Assembly: GCA_051294905.1 (NCBI GenBank)
Contig: CM119372.1
Coordinates: forward strand, 40,488,001-40,552,000
DNA from: Botryllus schlosseri
Lineage: Eukaryota
Reading direction: 5' to 3'
DNA: 64,000 nucleotides
The notes below the pieces were generated by a model. The model was not told the DNA's origin and ran no database searches. It worked only from the letters and a program-made list of their open reading frames with translations. The translations under genes and the position numbers were made by a program. Positions 23,601 through 38,600 of this stretch are shown here, in pieces; position 1 is the first letter of the stretch; each line of letters begins with the position of its first letter.

Positions 23601-26600
23601 GCGGACTCACCTTAACACAATCAATATGTAAGATGATTGTATTACGGGCGCTTAAGTAGTTTGTGAGTCGTATGTACATTTGCTGGACACGGCGCAATCT
23701 TCGGAAGCCAGCAATCGAACCAATCTTATCTACAGACCCTGAACAAACTATCATTGGCCAGCTGATAATACCGTCTGTTTCGGTCCGTTCCTGCGTAATG
23801 TGAAATATCGAATCACGATGCAGGCCAAAACTCACATATAATTTCTCAAAATTATCTAGCATGCTCGGCTCCTAGGAAGCCTGCTTATCAGGTACGACAA
23901 ATTGAAAAATCCGAGCGCACTCGGAGCATTTTGTAATGCGGACTCACCTTAAGACAATCAATATGTAAGGTGATTGTATTACGGGCACTTGATTAGTTCT
24001 TGAGTCGTATGTCCTTTTACTGGACACGACGCAATCTTCGGAAGCCAGCAATCGAACCAATCTTATCTACAGACCGTGAACAAACTATCATTGGCCAGCT
24101 GATAATACCGTCTGTTTAGTTCCGTTCCTGCGTAATGTGAAATATCGAATCACGATGCAGGCCAAAACTCACATATTATTTCTCAAAATTATCTAGCAAG
24201 CTCGGCTACTAGGAAGCCTGCTTTTCAGATACGACTAATTGAAAAATCCGAGCGCACTCGGAGCATTTTGTAATGCGGACTCACCTTAAGACAATCAATA
24301 TGTAAGGTGATTGTATTACGGGCACTTGATTAGTTCTTGAGTCGTATGTCCTTTTACTGGACACGACGCAATCTTCGGAAGCCAGCAATCGAACCAATCT
24401 TATCTACAGACCGTGAACAAACCATCATTGGCCAGCTGATAATACCGTCTGTTTAGATCGGTTCTTGCGTAATGTGAAATATCGAATCACGATGCTTGCC
24501 AAAACTCACATATTATTTCTCAAAATTATCTAGCAAGCTCGGCTCCAGGAAGCCTGCTTATCAGGTACGACAAATTGTAAAATCCGAGGGCACCAGGAGC
24601 ATTTTGTAATGCGGACTCGCCTTAAGACAATCAATATGTAAGGTGATTGTATTACGGGCGCTTAAGTAGTTCGTGAGTCGTATGTACATTCGCTGGACAC
24701 GGCGCAATCTTCGAAAGCCAGCAATCGAACCAAATTTATCTACAGAACCTGAACAAACCATCATTGGCCAGCTGAAAACACCGTATTTTAAGTCGGTTCT
24801 TGCGTAATGTTAAAAATCGAATCACGTTGCAGGCCAAAACTCACATAATATTTCTCAAAATTATCTAGCAAGCTCGGCTACTAGGAAGCCTGTTTATCAG
24901 ATACGACAAATTGAAAAATCCGAGCGCACTCGGAGCATTTTGTAATGCGGACTCACCTTAACACAATCAATATGTAAGATGATTGTATTACGGGCGCTTG
25001 ATTAGTTCGTGAGTCGTATGTACATTCGCTGGACACGGCGCAATCTTCGAAAGCCAGAAATCGATCCAATCTAATCTACAGAACCTGAACAAACCATCAT
25101 TGGCCAGCTGATAATACCGTCTGTTTAGATCGGTTCTTGCGTAATGTGAAATATCGAATCACGATGCAGGCCAAAACTCACATATTATGTCTCAAAATTA
25201 TCTAGCAAGCTCAGCCACTAGGAAGCCTGCTTATCAGATACGAATAATTGAAAAATCCGAGCGCACTCGGAGCATTTTGTAATGCGGACTCACCTTAACA
25301 CAATCAATATGTAAGATGATTGTATTACGGGCGCTTAAGTAGTTCGTGAGTCGTATGTACATTCGCTGGACACGGCGCAATCGTCGGAAGCCAGCAATCG
25401 AACCAATCTTATCTACAGACCCTGAACAAACTATCATTGGCCAGCTGATAATACCGTCTGTTTAGTTCCGTTCCTGCGTAATGTGAAATATCGAATCACG
25501 ATGCAGGCCAAAACTCACATATTATTTCTCAAAATTATCTAGCAAGCTCGGCTACTAGGAAGCCTGCTTTTCAGATACGACTAATTGAAAAATCCGAGCG
25601 CACTCGGAGCATTTTGTAATGCGGACTCACCTTAAGACAATCAATATGTAAGGTGATTGTATTACGGGCACTTGATTAGTTCTTGAGTCGTATGTCCTTT
25701 TACTGGACACGACGCAATCTTCGGAAGCCAGCAATCGAACCAATCTTATCTACAGACCGTGAACAAACCATCATTGGCCAGCTGATAATACCGTCTGTTT
25801 AGATCGGTTCTTGCGTAATGTGAAATATCGAATCACGATGCAGGCCAAAACTCACATATTATTTCTCAAAATTATCTAGCAAGCTCGGCTCCAGGAAGCC
25901 TGCTTATCAGGTACGACAAATTGAAAAATCCGAGGGCACCAGGAGCATTTTGTAATGCGGACTCGCCTTAAGACAATCAATATGTAAGGTGATTGTATTA
26001 CGGGCGCTTAAGTAGTTCGTGAGTCGTATGTACATTCGCTGGACACGGCGCAATCTTCGAAAGCCAGCAATCGAACCAAACTTATCTACAGAACCTGAAC
26101 AAACCATCATTGGCCAGCTGAAAACACCGTATTTTAAGTCGGTTCTTGCGTAATGTTAAAAATCGAATCACGTTGCAGGCCAAAACTCACATATTATTTC
26201 TCAAAATTATCTAGCAAGCTCGGCTACTAGGAAGCCTGCTTATCAGATACGAATAATTGAAAAATCCGAGCGCACTCGGAGCATTTTGTAATGCGGACTC
26301 ACCTTAACACAATCAATATGTAAGGTGATTGTATTACGGGCGCTTGATTAGTACTTGAGTCGTATGTCCTTTTACTGGACACGGCGCAATCTTCGGAAGC
26401 CAGCAATCGAACCAATCTTATCTAGAGTCCGTGAACAAACCATCATTGGCCAGCTGATAATACCGTCTGTTTAGGTCCGTTCCTGCGTAATGTGAAATAT
26501 CGAATCACGATGCAGGCCAAAACTCACATATTATTTCTCAAAATTATCTAGCAAGCTCGGCTACTAGGAAGCCTGCTTATCAAATACGACTAATTGAAAA

Positions 26601-29600
26601 ATCCGAGCGCACTCGGAGCATTTTGTAATGCGGACTCACCTTAACACAATCAATATGTAGGATGATTGTATTACGGGCGCTTAAGTAGTTCATGAGTCGT
26701 ATGTACATTCGCTGGACACGGCGCAATCTTCGGAAGCCAGCAATCGAACAAATCTTATCTACAGACCCGGAACAAACTATCATTGGCCAGCTGATAATAC
26801 CGTCTGTTTAGGTCCGTTCCTGCGTAATGTGAAATATCGAATCACGATGCAGGCCAAAAGTCACATATTATTTCTCAAAATTATCTAGCATGCTCGGCTC
26901 CTAGGAAGCCTGCTTATCAGGTACGACAAATTGAAAAATCCGAGCGCACCAGGAGCATTTTGTAATGTGGACTCACCTTAACACAATCAATATGTAAGGT
27001 GTTGTATTACGGGCGCTTAAGTAGTTCGTGAGTCGTATGTCCTTTTACTGGACACGGCGCAATCTTCGTAAGCTAGCAATCGAACCAATCTTATCTACAG
27101 ACCCTGAACAAACCATCATTGGCCAGCTGATAATACCGTCTGTTTAGATCGGTTCTTGCGTAATGTGAAAAATCGAATCACGATGCAGGCCAAAACTCAC
27201 ATTTTATTTCTCAAAATTATCTAGCAAGCTCGGCTACTAGGAAGCCTGCTTATCAGATACGACTAATTGAAAAATCCGAGCGCACTCGGAGCATTTTGTA
27301 ATGCGGACTCACCTTAACACAATCAATATGTAAGATGATTGTATTACGGGCGCTTAAGTAGTTTGTGAGTCGTATGTACATTTGCTGGACACGGCGCAAT
27401 CTTCGAAAGCCAGAAATCGATCCAATCTTATCTACAGACCCTGAACAAACTATCATTGGCCAGCAGATAATACCGTCTGTTTCGGTCCGTTCCTGCGTAA
27501 TGTGAAATATCGAATCACGATGCAGGCCAAAACTCACATATAATTTCTCAAAATTATCTAGCATGCTCGGCTCCTAGGAAGCCTGCTTATCAGGTACGAC
27601 AAATTGAAAAATCCGAGCGCACTCGGAGCATTTTGTAATGCGGACTCACCTTAACACAATCAATATGTAAGATGATTGTATTACGGGCGCTTGATTAGTT
27701 CGTGAGTCGTATGTACATTCGCTGGACACGGCGCAATCTTCGAAAGCCAGAAATCGATCCAATCTAATCTACAGAACCTGAACAAACCATCATTGGCCAG
27801 CTGATAATACCGTTTGTTTAGATCGGTTCTTGCGTAATGTGAAAAATCGAATCACGATGCAGGCCAAAACTCACATATTATTTCTCAAAATTATCTAGCA
27901 AGCTCGGCCACTAGGAAGCCTGCTTATCAGATACGAATAATTGAAAAATCCGAGCGCACTCGGAGCATTTTGTAATGCGGACTCACCTTAACACAATCAA
28001 TATGTAAGATGATTGTATTACGGGCGCTTAAGTAGTTCGTGAGTCGTATGTACATTCGCTGGACACGGCGCAATCTTCGGAAGCCAGCAATCGAACCAAT
28101 CTTATCTACAGACCCTGAACAAACTATCATTGGCCAGCTGATAATACCGTCTGTTTAGTTCCGTTCCTGCGTAATGTGAAATATCGAATCACGATGCAGG
28201 CCAAAACTCACAGATTATTTCTCAAAATTATCTAGCAAGCTCGGCTACTAGGAAGCCTGCTTATCAGATACGACTAATTGAAAAATCCGAGCGCACTCGG
28301 AGCATTTTGTAATGCGGACTCACCTTAAGACAATCAATATGTAAGATGATTGTATTACGGGCGCTTGATTAGTTCTTGAGTCGTATGTCCTTTTACTGGA
28401 CACGGCGTAATCTTCGGAAGCCAGCAATCGAACCAATCTTATCTACAGACCGTGAACAAACCATCATTGGCCAGCTGATAATACCGTCTGTTTAGATCGG
28501 TTCTTGCGTAATGTGAAATATCGAATCACGATGCAGGCCAAAACTCACATATTATTTCTCAAAATTATCTAGCAAGCTCGGCTCCTAGGAAGCCTGCTTA
28601 TCAGGTACGACAAATTGAAAAATCCGAGGGCACCAGGAGCATTTTGTAATGCGGACTCGCCTTAAGACAATCAATATGTAAGGTGATTGTATTACGGGCG
28701 CTTAAGTAGTTCGTGAGTCGTATGTACATTTGCTGGACACGGCGCAATCTTCGGAAGCCAGCAATCGAACCAATCTTATCTACAGACCCTGAACAAACTA
28801 TCATTGGCCAGCTGATAATACCGTCTGTTTCGGTCCGTTCCTGCGTAATGTGAAATATCGAATCACGATGCAGGCCAAAACTCACATATAATTTCTCAAA
28901 ATTATCTAGCATGCTCGGCTCCTAGGAAGCCTGCTTATCAGATACGACTAATTGAAAAATCCGAGCGCACTCGGAGCATTTTGTAATGCGGACTCACCTT
29001 AAGACAATCAATATGTAAGATGATTGTATTACGGGCGCTTGATTAGTACTTGAGTCGTATGTCCTTTTACTGGACACGGCGCAATCTTAGGAAGCCAGCA
29101 ATCGAACCAATCTTATCTACAGACCCTGAACAAACCATCATTGGCCAGCTGATAACACCGTCTGTTTAGATCGGTTCTTGCGTAATGTGAAAAATCGAAT
29201 CACGATGCAGGCCAAAACTCACATTTTATTTCTCAAAATTATCTAGCAAGCTCGGCTACTAGGAAGCCTGTTTATCAGATACGACTAATTGAAAAATCCG
29301 AGCGCACTCGGAGCATTTTGTAATGCGGACTCACCTTAAGACAATCAATATGTAAGATGATTGTATTACGGGCGCTTGATTAGTTCTTGAGTCGTATGTC
29401 CTTTTACTGGACACGGCGCAATCTTCGGAAGCCAGCAATCGAACCAATCTTATCTACAGACCGTGAACAAACCATCATTGGCCAGCTGATAATACCGTCT
29501 GTTTAGATCGGTTCTTGCGTAATGTGAAATATCGAATCACGATGCAGGCCAAAACTCACATATTATTTCTCAAAATTATCTAGCAAGCTCGGCTCCTAGG

Positions 29601-32600
29601 AAGCCTGCTTATCAGGTACGACAAATTGAAAAATCCGAGGGCACCAGGAGCATTTTGTAATGCGGACTCGCCTTAAGACAATCAATATGTAAGGTGATTG
29701 TATTACGGGCGCTTAAGTAGTTCGTGAGTCGTATGTACATTTGCTGGACACGGCGCAATCTTCGGAAGCCAGCAATCGAACCAATCTTATCTACAGACCC
29801 TGAACAAACTATCATTGGCCAGCTGATAATACCGTCTGTTTCGGTCCGTTCCTGCGTAATGTGAAATATCGAATCACGATGCAGGCCAAAACTCACATAT
29901 AATTTCTCAAAATTATCTAGCATGCTCGGCTCCTAGGAAGCCTGCTTATCAGATACGACTAATTGAAAAATCCGAGCGCACTCGGAGCATTTTGTAATGC
30001 GGACTCACCTTAAGACAATCAATATGTAAGATGATTGTATTACGGGCGCTTGATTAGTACTTGAGTCGTATGTCCTTTTACTGGACACGGCGCAATCTTA
30101 GGAAGCCAGCAATCGAACCAATCTTATCTACAGACCCTGAACAAACCATCATTGGCCAGCTGATAACACCGTCTGTTTAGATCGGTTCTTGCGTAATGTG
30201 AAAAATCGAATCACGATGCAGGCCAAAACTCACATTTTATTTCTCAAAATTATCTAGCAAGCTCGGCTACTAGGAAGCCTGTTTATCAGATACGACTAAT
30301 TGAAAAATCCGAGCGCACTCGGAGCATTTTGTAATGCGGACTCACCTTAACACAATCAATATGTGAGATGATGGTATCACGGGCGCTTAAGTAGTTTGTG
30401 AGTCGTATGTACATTTGCTGGACACGGCGCAATCTTCGGAAGCCAGCAATCGAACCAATCTTATCTACAGACCCTGAACAAACTATCATTGGCCAGCTGA
30501 TAATACCGTCTGTTTCGGTCCGTTCCTGCGTAATGTGAAATATCGAATCACGATGCAGGCCAAAACTCACATATAATTTCTCAAAATTATCTAGCATGCT
30601 CGGCTCCTAGGAAGCCTGCTTATCAGGTACGACAAATTGAAAAATCCGAGCGCACTCGGAGCATTTTGTAATGCGGACTCACCTTAACACAATCAATATG
30701 TAAGATGATTGTATTACGGGCGCTTGATTAGTTCGTGAGTCGTATGTACATTCGCTGGACACGGCGCAATCTTCGAAAGCCAGAAATCGATCCAATCTAA
30801 TCTACAGAACCTGAACAAACCATCATTGGCCAGCTGATAATACCGTCTGTTTAGATCGGTTCTTGCGTAATGTGAAAAATCGAATCACGATGCAGGCCAA
30901 AACTCACATATTATTTCTCAAAATTATCTAGCAAGCTCGGCTCCTAGGAAGCCTGCTTATCAGGTACGACAAATTGAAAAATCCGAGGGCACCAGGAGCA
31001 TTTTGTAATGCGGACTCGCCTTAAGACAATCAATATGTAAGGTGATTGTATTACGGGCGCTTAAGTAGTTCGTGAGTCGTATGTACATTCGCTGGACACG
31101 GCGCAATCTTCGGAAGCCAGCAATCGAACCAATCTTATCTACAGACCCTGAACAAACTATCATTGGCCAGCTGATAATACCGTCTGTTTAGTTCCGTTCC
31201 TGCGTAATGTGAAATATCGAATCACGATGCAGGCCAAAACTCACAGATTATTTCTCAAAATTATCTAGCAAGCTCGGCTACTAGGAAGCCTGCTTATCAG
31301 ATACGACTAATTGAAAAATCCGAGCGCACTCGGAGCATTTTGTAATGCGGACTCACCTTAAGACAATCAATATGTAAGATGATTGTATTACGGGCGCTTG
31401 ATTAGTTCTTGAGTCGTATGTCCTTTTACTGGACACGGCGCAATCTTCGGAAGCCAGCAATCGAACCAATCTTATCTACAGACCGTGAACAAACCATCAT
31501 TGGCCAGCTGATAATACCGTCTGTTTAGATCGGTTCTTGCGTAATGTGAAATATCGAATCACGATGCAGGCCAAAACTCACATATTATTTCTCAAAATTA
31601 TCTAGCAAGCTCGGCTCCTAGGAAGCCTGCTTATCAGGTACGACAAATTGAAAAATCCGAGGGCACCAGGAGCATTTTGTAATGCGGACTCGTCTTAAGA
31701 CAATCAATATGTAAGGTGATTGTATTACGGGCGCTTAAGTAGTTCGTGAGTCGTATGTACATTCGCTGGACACGGCGCAATCTTCGAAAGCCAGCAATCG
31801 AACCAATCTTATCTACAGAACCTGAACAAACCAACATTGGCCAGCTGAAAACACCGTATTTTAGGTCGGTTCTTGCGTAATGTTGAAAATCGAATCACGT
31901 TGCAGGCCAAAACTCACATATTATTTCTCAAAATTATCTAGCAAGCTCGGCTACTAGGAAGCCTGCATATCAGATACGACTAATTGAAAAATCCGAGCGC
32001 AATCGGAGCATTTTGTAATGCGGACTCACCTTAACACAATCAATATGTAAGGTGATTGTATTACGGGCGCTTGATTAGTACTTGAGTCGTATGTCCTTTT
32101 ACTGGACACGGCGCAATCTTCGGAAGCCAGCAATCGAACCAATTTTATCTAGAGTCCGTGAACAAACCTTCATTGGCCAGCTGATAATACCGTCTGTTTA
32201 GGTCCGTTCCTGCGTAATGTGAAATATCGAATCACGATGCAGGCCATAACTCACATATTATTTCTCAAAATTATCTAGCAAGCTCGGCTACTAGGAAGCC
32301 TGCTTATCAAATACGACTAATTGAAAAATCCGAGCGCAATCGGAGCATTTTGTAATGCGGACTCACCTTAACACAATCAATATGTAAGATGATGGTATCA
32401 CGGGCGCTTAAGTAGTTTGTGAGTCGTATGTACATTTGCTGGACACGGCGCAATCTTCGGAAGCCAGCAATCGAACCAATCTTATCTACAGACCCTGAAC
32501 AAACTATCATTGGCCAGCTGATAATACCGTCTGTTTCGGTCCGTTCCTGCGTAATGTGAAATATCGAATCACGATGCAGGCCAAAACTCACATATAATTT

Positions 32601-35600
32601 CTCAAAATTATCTAGCATGCTCGGCTCCTAGGAAGCCTGCTTATCAGGTACGACAAATTGAAAAATCCGAGCGCACTCGGAGCATTTTGTAATGCGGACT
32701 CACCTTAACACAATCAATATGTAAGATGATTGTATTACGGGCGCTTGATTAGTTCGTGAGTCGTATGTACATTCGCTGGACACGGCGCAATCTTCGAAAG
32801 CCAGAAATCGATCCAATCTAATCTACAGAACCTGAACAAACCATCATTGGCCAGCTGATAATACCGTCTGTTTAGATCGGTTCTTGCGTAATGTGAAAAA
32901 TCGAATCACGATGCAGGCCAAAACTCACATATTATTTCTCAAAATTATCTAGCAAGCTCGGCTCCTAGGAAGCCTGCTTATCAGGTACGACAAATTGAAA
33001 AATCCGAGGGCACCAGGAGCATTTTGTAATGCGGACTCGCCTTAAGACAATCAATATGTAAGGTGATTGTATTACGGGCGCTTAAGTAGTTCGTGAGTCG
33101 TATGTACATTCGCTGGACACGGCGCAATCTTCGGAAGCCAGCAATCGAACCAATCTTATCTACAGACCCTGAACAAACTATCATTGGCCAGCTGATAATA
33201 CCGTCTGTTTAGTTCCGTTCCTGCGTAATGTGAAATATCGAATCACGATGCAGGCCAAAACTCACAGATTATTTCTCAAAATTATCTAGCAAGCTCGGCT
33301 ACTAGGAAGCCTGCTTATCAGATACGACTAATTGAAAAATCCGAGCGCACTCGGAGCATTTTGTAATGCGGACTCACCTTAAGACAATCAATATGTAAGA
33401 TGATTGTATTACGGGCGCTTGATTAGTTCTTGAGTCGTATGTCCTTTTACTGGACACGGCGCAATCTTCGGAAGCCAGCAATCGAACCAATCTTATCTAC
33501 AGACCGTGAACAAACCATCATTGGCCAGCTGATAATACCGTCTGTTTAGATCGGTTCTTGCGTAATGTGAAATATCGAATCGCGATGCAGGCCAAAACTC
33601 ACATATTATTTCTCAAAATTATCTAGCAAGCTCGGCTCCTAGGAAGCCTGCTTATCAGGTACGACAAATTGAAAAATCCGAGGGCACCAGGAGCATTTTG
33701 TAATGCGGACTCGTCTTAAGACAATCAATATGTAAGGTGATTGTATTACGGGCGCTTAAGTAGTTCGTGAGTCGTATGTACATTCGCTGGACACGGCGCA
33801 ATCTTCGAAAGCCAGCAATCGAACCAATCTTATCTACAGAACCTGAACAAACCATCATTGGCCAGCTGAAAACACCGTATTTTAGGTCGGTTCTTGCGTA
33901 ATGTTAAAAATCGAATCACGTTGCAGGCCAAAACTCACATATTATTTCTCAAAATTATCTAGCAAGCTCGGCTACTAGGAAGCCTGCATATCAGATACGA
34001 CTAATTGAAAAATCCGAGCGCAATCGGAGCATTTTGTAATGCGGACTCACCTTAACACAATCAATATGTAAGGTGATTGTATTACGGGCGCTTGATTAGT
34101 ACTTGAGTCGTATGTCCTTTTACTGGACACGGCGCAATCTTCGGAAGCCAGCAATCGAACCAATCTTATCTAGAGTCCGTGAACAAACCTTCATTGGCCA
34201 GCTGATAATACCGTCTGTTTAGGTCCGTTCCTGCGTAATGTGAAATATCGAATCACGATGCAGGCCATAACTCACATATTATTTCTCAAAATTATCTAGC
34301 AAGCTCGGCTACTAGGAAGCCTGCTTATCAAATACGACTACTTGAAAAATCCGAGCGCACTCGGAGCATTTTTTAATGCGGACTCACCTTAACACAATCA
34401 ATATGTAAGATGATTGCATTACGGGCGCTTAAGTAGTTCGTGAGTCGTATGTACATTCGCTGGACACGGCGCAATCTTCGGAAGCCAGCAATCGAACCAA
34501 TCTTATCTACAGACCCTGAACAAACTATCATTGGCCAGCTGATAATACCGTCTGTTTAGGTCCGTTCCTGCGTAATGTGAAATATCGAATCACGATGCAG
34601 GCCAAAACTCACATATTATTTCTCAAAATTATCTAGCATGCTCGGCTCCTAGGAAGCCTACTTATCAGGTACGACAAATTGAGAAATCCGAGCGCACCAG
34701 GAGCATTTTGTATTGCGGACTCACTTTAACACAATCAATATGTAAGATGATGGTATCACGGGCGCTTAAGTAGTTTGTGAGTCGTATGTACATTTGCTGG
34801 ACACGGCGCAATCTTCGGAAGCCAGCAATCGAACCAATCTTATCTACAGACCCTGAACAAACTATCATTGGCCAGCTGATAATACCGTCTGTTTCGGTCC
34901 GTTCCTGCGTAATGTGAAATATCGAATCACGATGCAGGCCAAAACTCACATATAATTTCTCAAAATTATCTAGCATGCTCGGCTCCTAGGAAGCCTGCTT
35001 ATCAGGTACGACAAATTGAAAAATCCGAGCGCACTCGGAGCATTTTGTAATGCGGACTCACCTTAACACAATCAATATGTAAGATGATTGTATTACGGGC
35101 GCTTGATTAGTTCGTGAGTCGTATGTACATTCGCTGGACACGGCGCAATCTTCGAAAGCCAGAAATCGATCCAATCTAATCTACAGAACCTGAACAAACC
35201 ATCATTGGCCAGCTGATAATACCGTCTGTTTAGATCGGTTCTTGCGTAATGTGAAAAATCGAATCACGATGCAGGCCAAAACTCACATATTATTTCTCAA
35301 AATTATCTAGCAAGCTCGGCTCCTAGGAAGCCTGCTTATCAGGTACGACAAATTGAAAAATCCGAGGGCACCAGGAGCATTTTGTAATGCGGACTCGCCT
35401 TAAGACAATCAATATGTAAGGTGATTGTATTACGGGCGCTTAAGTAGTTCGTGAGTCGTATGTACATTCGCTGGACACGGCGCAATCTTCGGAAGCCAGC
35501 AATCGAACCAATCTTATCTACAGACCCTGAACAAACTATCATTGGCCAGCTGATAATACCGTCTGTTTAGTTCCGTTCCTGCGTAATGTGAAATATCGAA

Positions 35601-38600
35601 TCACGATGCAGGCCAAAACTCACAGATTATTTCTCAAAATTATCTAGCAAGCTCGGCTACTAGGAAGCCTGCTTATCAGATACGACTAATTGAAAAATCC
35701 GAGCGCACTCGGAGCATTTTGTAATGCGGACTCACCTTAAGACAATCAATATGTAAGATGATTGTATTACGGGCGCTTGATTAGTTCTTGAGTCGTATGT
35801 CCTTTTACTGGACACGGCGCAATCTTCGGAAGCCAGCAATCGAACCAATCTTATCTACAGACCGTGAACAAACCATCATTGGCCAGCTGATAATACCGTC
35901 TGTTTAGATCGGTTCTTGCGTAATGTGAAATATCGAATCGCGATGCAGGCCAAAACTCACATATTATTTCTCAAAATTATCTAGCAAGCTCGGCTCCTAG
36001 GAAGCCTGCTTATCAGGTACGACAAATTGAAAAATCCGAGGGCACCAGGAGCATTTTGTAATGCGGACTCGTCTTAAGACAATCAATATGTAAGGTGATT
36101 GTATTACGGGCGCTTAAGTAGTTCGTGAGTCGTATGTACATTCGCTGGACACGGCGCAATCTTCGAAAGCCAGCAATCGAACCAATCTTATCTACAGAAC
36201 CTGAACAAACCATCATTGGCCAGCTGAAAACACCGTATTTTAGGTCGGTTCTTGCGTAATGTTAAAAATCGAATCACGTTGCAGGCCAAAACTCACATAT
36301 TATTTCTCAAAATTATCTAGCAAGCTCGGCTACTAGGAAGCCTGCATATCAGATACGACTAATTGAAAAATCCGAGCGCAATCGGAGCATTTTGTAATGC
36401 GGACTCACCTTAACACAATCAATATGTAAGGTGATTGTATTACGGGCGCTTGATTAGTACTTGAGTCGTATGTCCTTTTACTGGACACGGCGCAATCTTC
36501 GGAAGCCAGCAATCGAACCAATCTTATCTAGAGTCCGTGAACAAACCTTCATTGGCCAGCTGATAATACCGTCTGTTTAGGTCCGTTCCTGCGTAATGTG
36601 AAATATCGAATCACGATGCAGGCCATAACTCACATATTATTTCTCAAAATTATCTAGCAAGCTCGGCTACTAGGAAGCCTGCTTATCAAATACGACTACT
36701 TGAAAAATCCGAGCGCACTCGGAGCATTTTTTAATGCGGACTCACCTTAACACAATCAATATGTAAGATGATTGCATTACGGGCGCTTAAGTAGTTCGTG
36801 AGTCGTATGTACATTCGCTGGACACGGCGCAATCTTCGGAAGCCAGCAATCGAACCAATCTTATCTACAGACCCTGAACAAACTATCATTGGCCAGCTGA
36901 TAATACCGTCTGTTTAGGTCCGTTCCTGCGTAATGTGAAATATCGAATCACGATGCAGGCCAAAACTCACATATTATTTCTCAAAATTATCTAGCATGCT
37001 CGGCTCCTAGGAAGCCTACTTATCAGGTACGACAAATTGAGAAATCCGAGCGCACCAGGAGCATTTTGTATTGCGGACTCACTTTAACACAATCAATATG
37101 TAAGGTGATTGTATTACGGGCACTTGAGTAGTTCGTGAGTCGTATGTCCTTTTACTGGACACGGCGCAATCTTAGGAAGCCAGCAATCGAACCAATCTTA
37201 TCTACAGACCCTGAACAAACCATCATTGGCCAGCTGATAACACCGTCTGTTTAGATCGGTTCTTGCGTAATGTGAAAAATCGAATCACGATGCAGGCCAA
37301 AACTCACATTTTATTTCTCAAAATTATCTAGCAAGCTCGGCTACTAGGAAGCCTGTTTATCAGATACGACTAATTGAAAAATCCGAGCGCACTCGGAGCA
37401 TTTTGTAATGCGGACTCACCTTAACACAATCAATATGTAAGATGATGGTAACACGGGCGCTTAAGTAGTTTGTGAGTCGTATGTACATTTGCTGGACACG
37501 GCGCAATCTTCGGAAGCCAGCAATCGAACCAATCTTATCTACAGACCCTGAACAAACTATCATTGGCCAGCTGATAATACCGTCTGTTTCGGTCCGTTCC
37601 TGCGTAATGTGAAATATCGAATCACGATGCAGGCCAAAACTCACATATAATTTCTCAAAATTATCTAGCATGCTCGGCTCCTAGGAAGCCTGCTTATCAG
37701 GTACGACAAATTGAAAAATCCGAGCGCACTCGGAGCATTTTGTAATGCGGACTCACCTTAACTAAATCAATATGTAAGATGATTGTATTACGGGCGCTTG
37801 ATTAGTTCGTGAGTCGTATGTACATTCGCTGGACACGGCGCAATCTTCGAATGCCAGAAATCGATCCAATCTAATCTACAGAACCTGAACAAACCATCAT
37901 TGGCCAGCTGATAATACCGTCTGTTTAGATCGGTTCTTGCGTAATGTGAAAAATCGAATCACGATGCAGGCCAAAACTCACATATTATTTCTCAAAATTA
38001 TCTAGCAAGCTCGGCTCCTAGGAAGCCTGCTTATCAGGTACGACAAATTGAAAAATCCGAGGGCACCAGGAGCATTTTGTAATGCGGACTCGCCTTAAGA
38101 CAATCAATATGTAAGGTGATTGTATTACGGGCGCTTAAGTAGTTCGTGAGTCGTATGTACATTCGCTGGACACGGCGCAATCTTCGGAAGCCAGCAATCG
38201 AACCAATCTTATCTACAGACCCTCAACAAACTATCATTGGCCAGCTGATAATACCGTCTGTTTAGTTCCGTTCCTGCGTAATGTGAAATATCGAATCACG
38301 ATGCAGGCCAAAACTCACAGATTATTTCTCAAAATTATCTAGCAAGCTCGGCTACTAGGAAGCCTGCTTATCAGATACGACTAATTGAAAAATCCGAGCG
38401 CACTCGGAGCATTTTGTAATGCGGACTCACCTTAAGACAATCAATATGTAAGATGATTGTATTACGGGCGCTTGATTAGTTCTTGAGTCGTATGTCCTTT
38501 TACTGGACACGGCGCAATCTTCGGAAGCCAGCAATCGAACCAATCTTATCTACAGACCGTGAACAAACCATCATTGGCCAGCTGATAATACCGTCTGTTT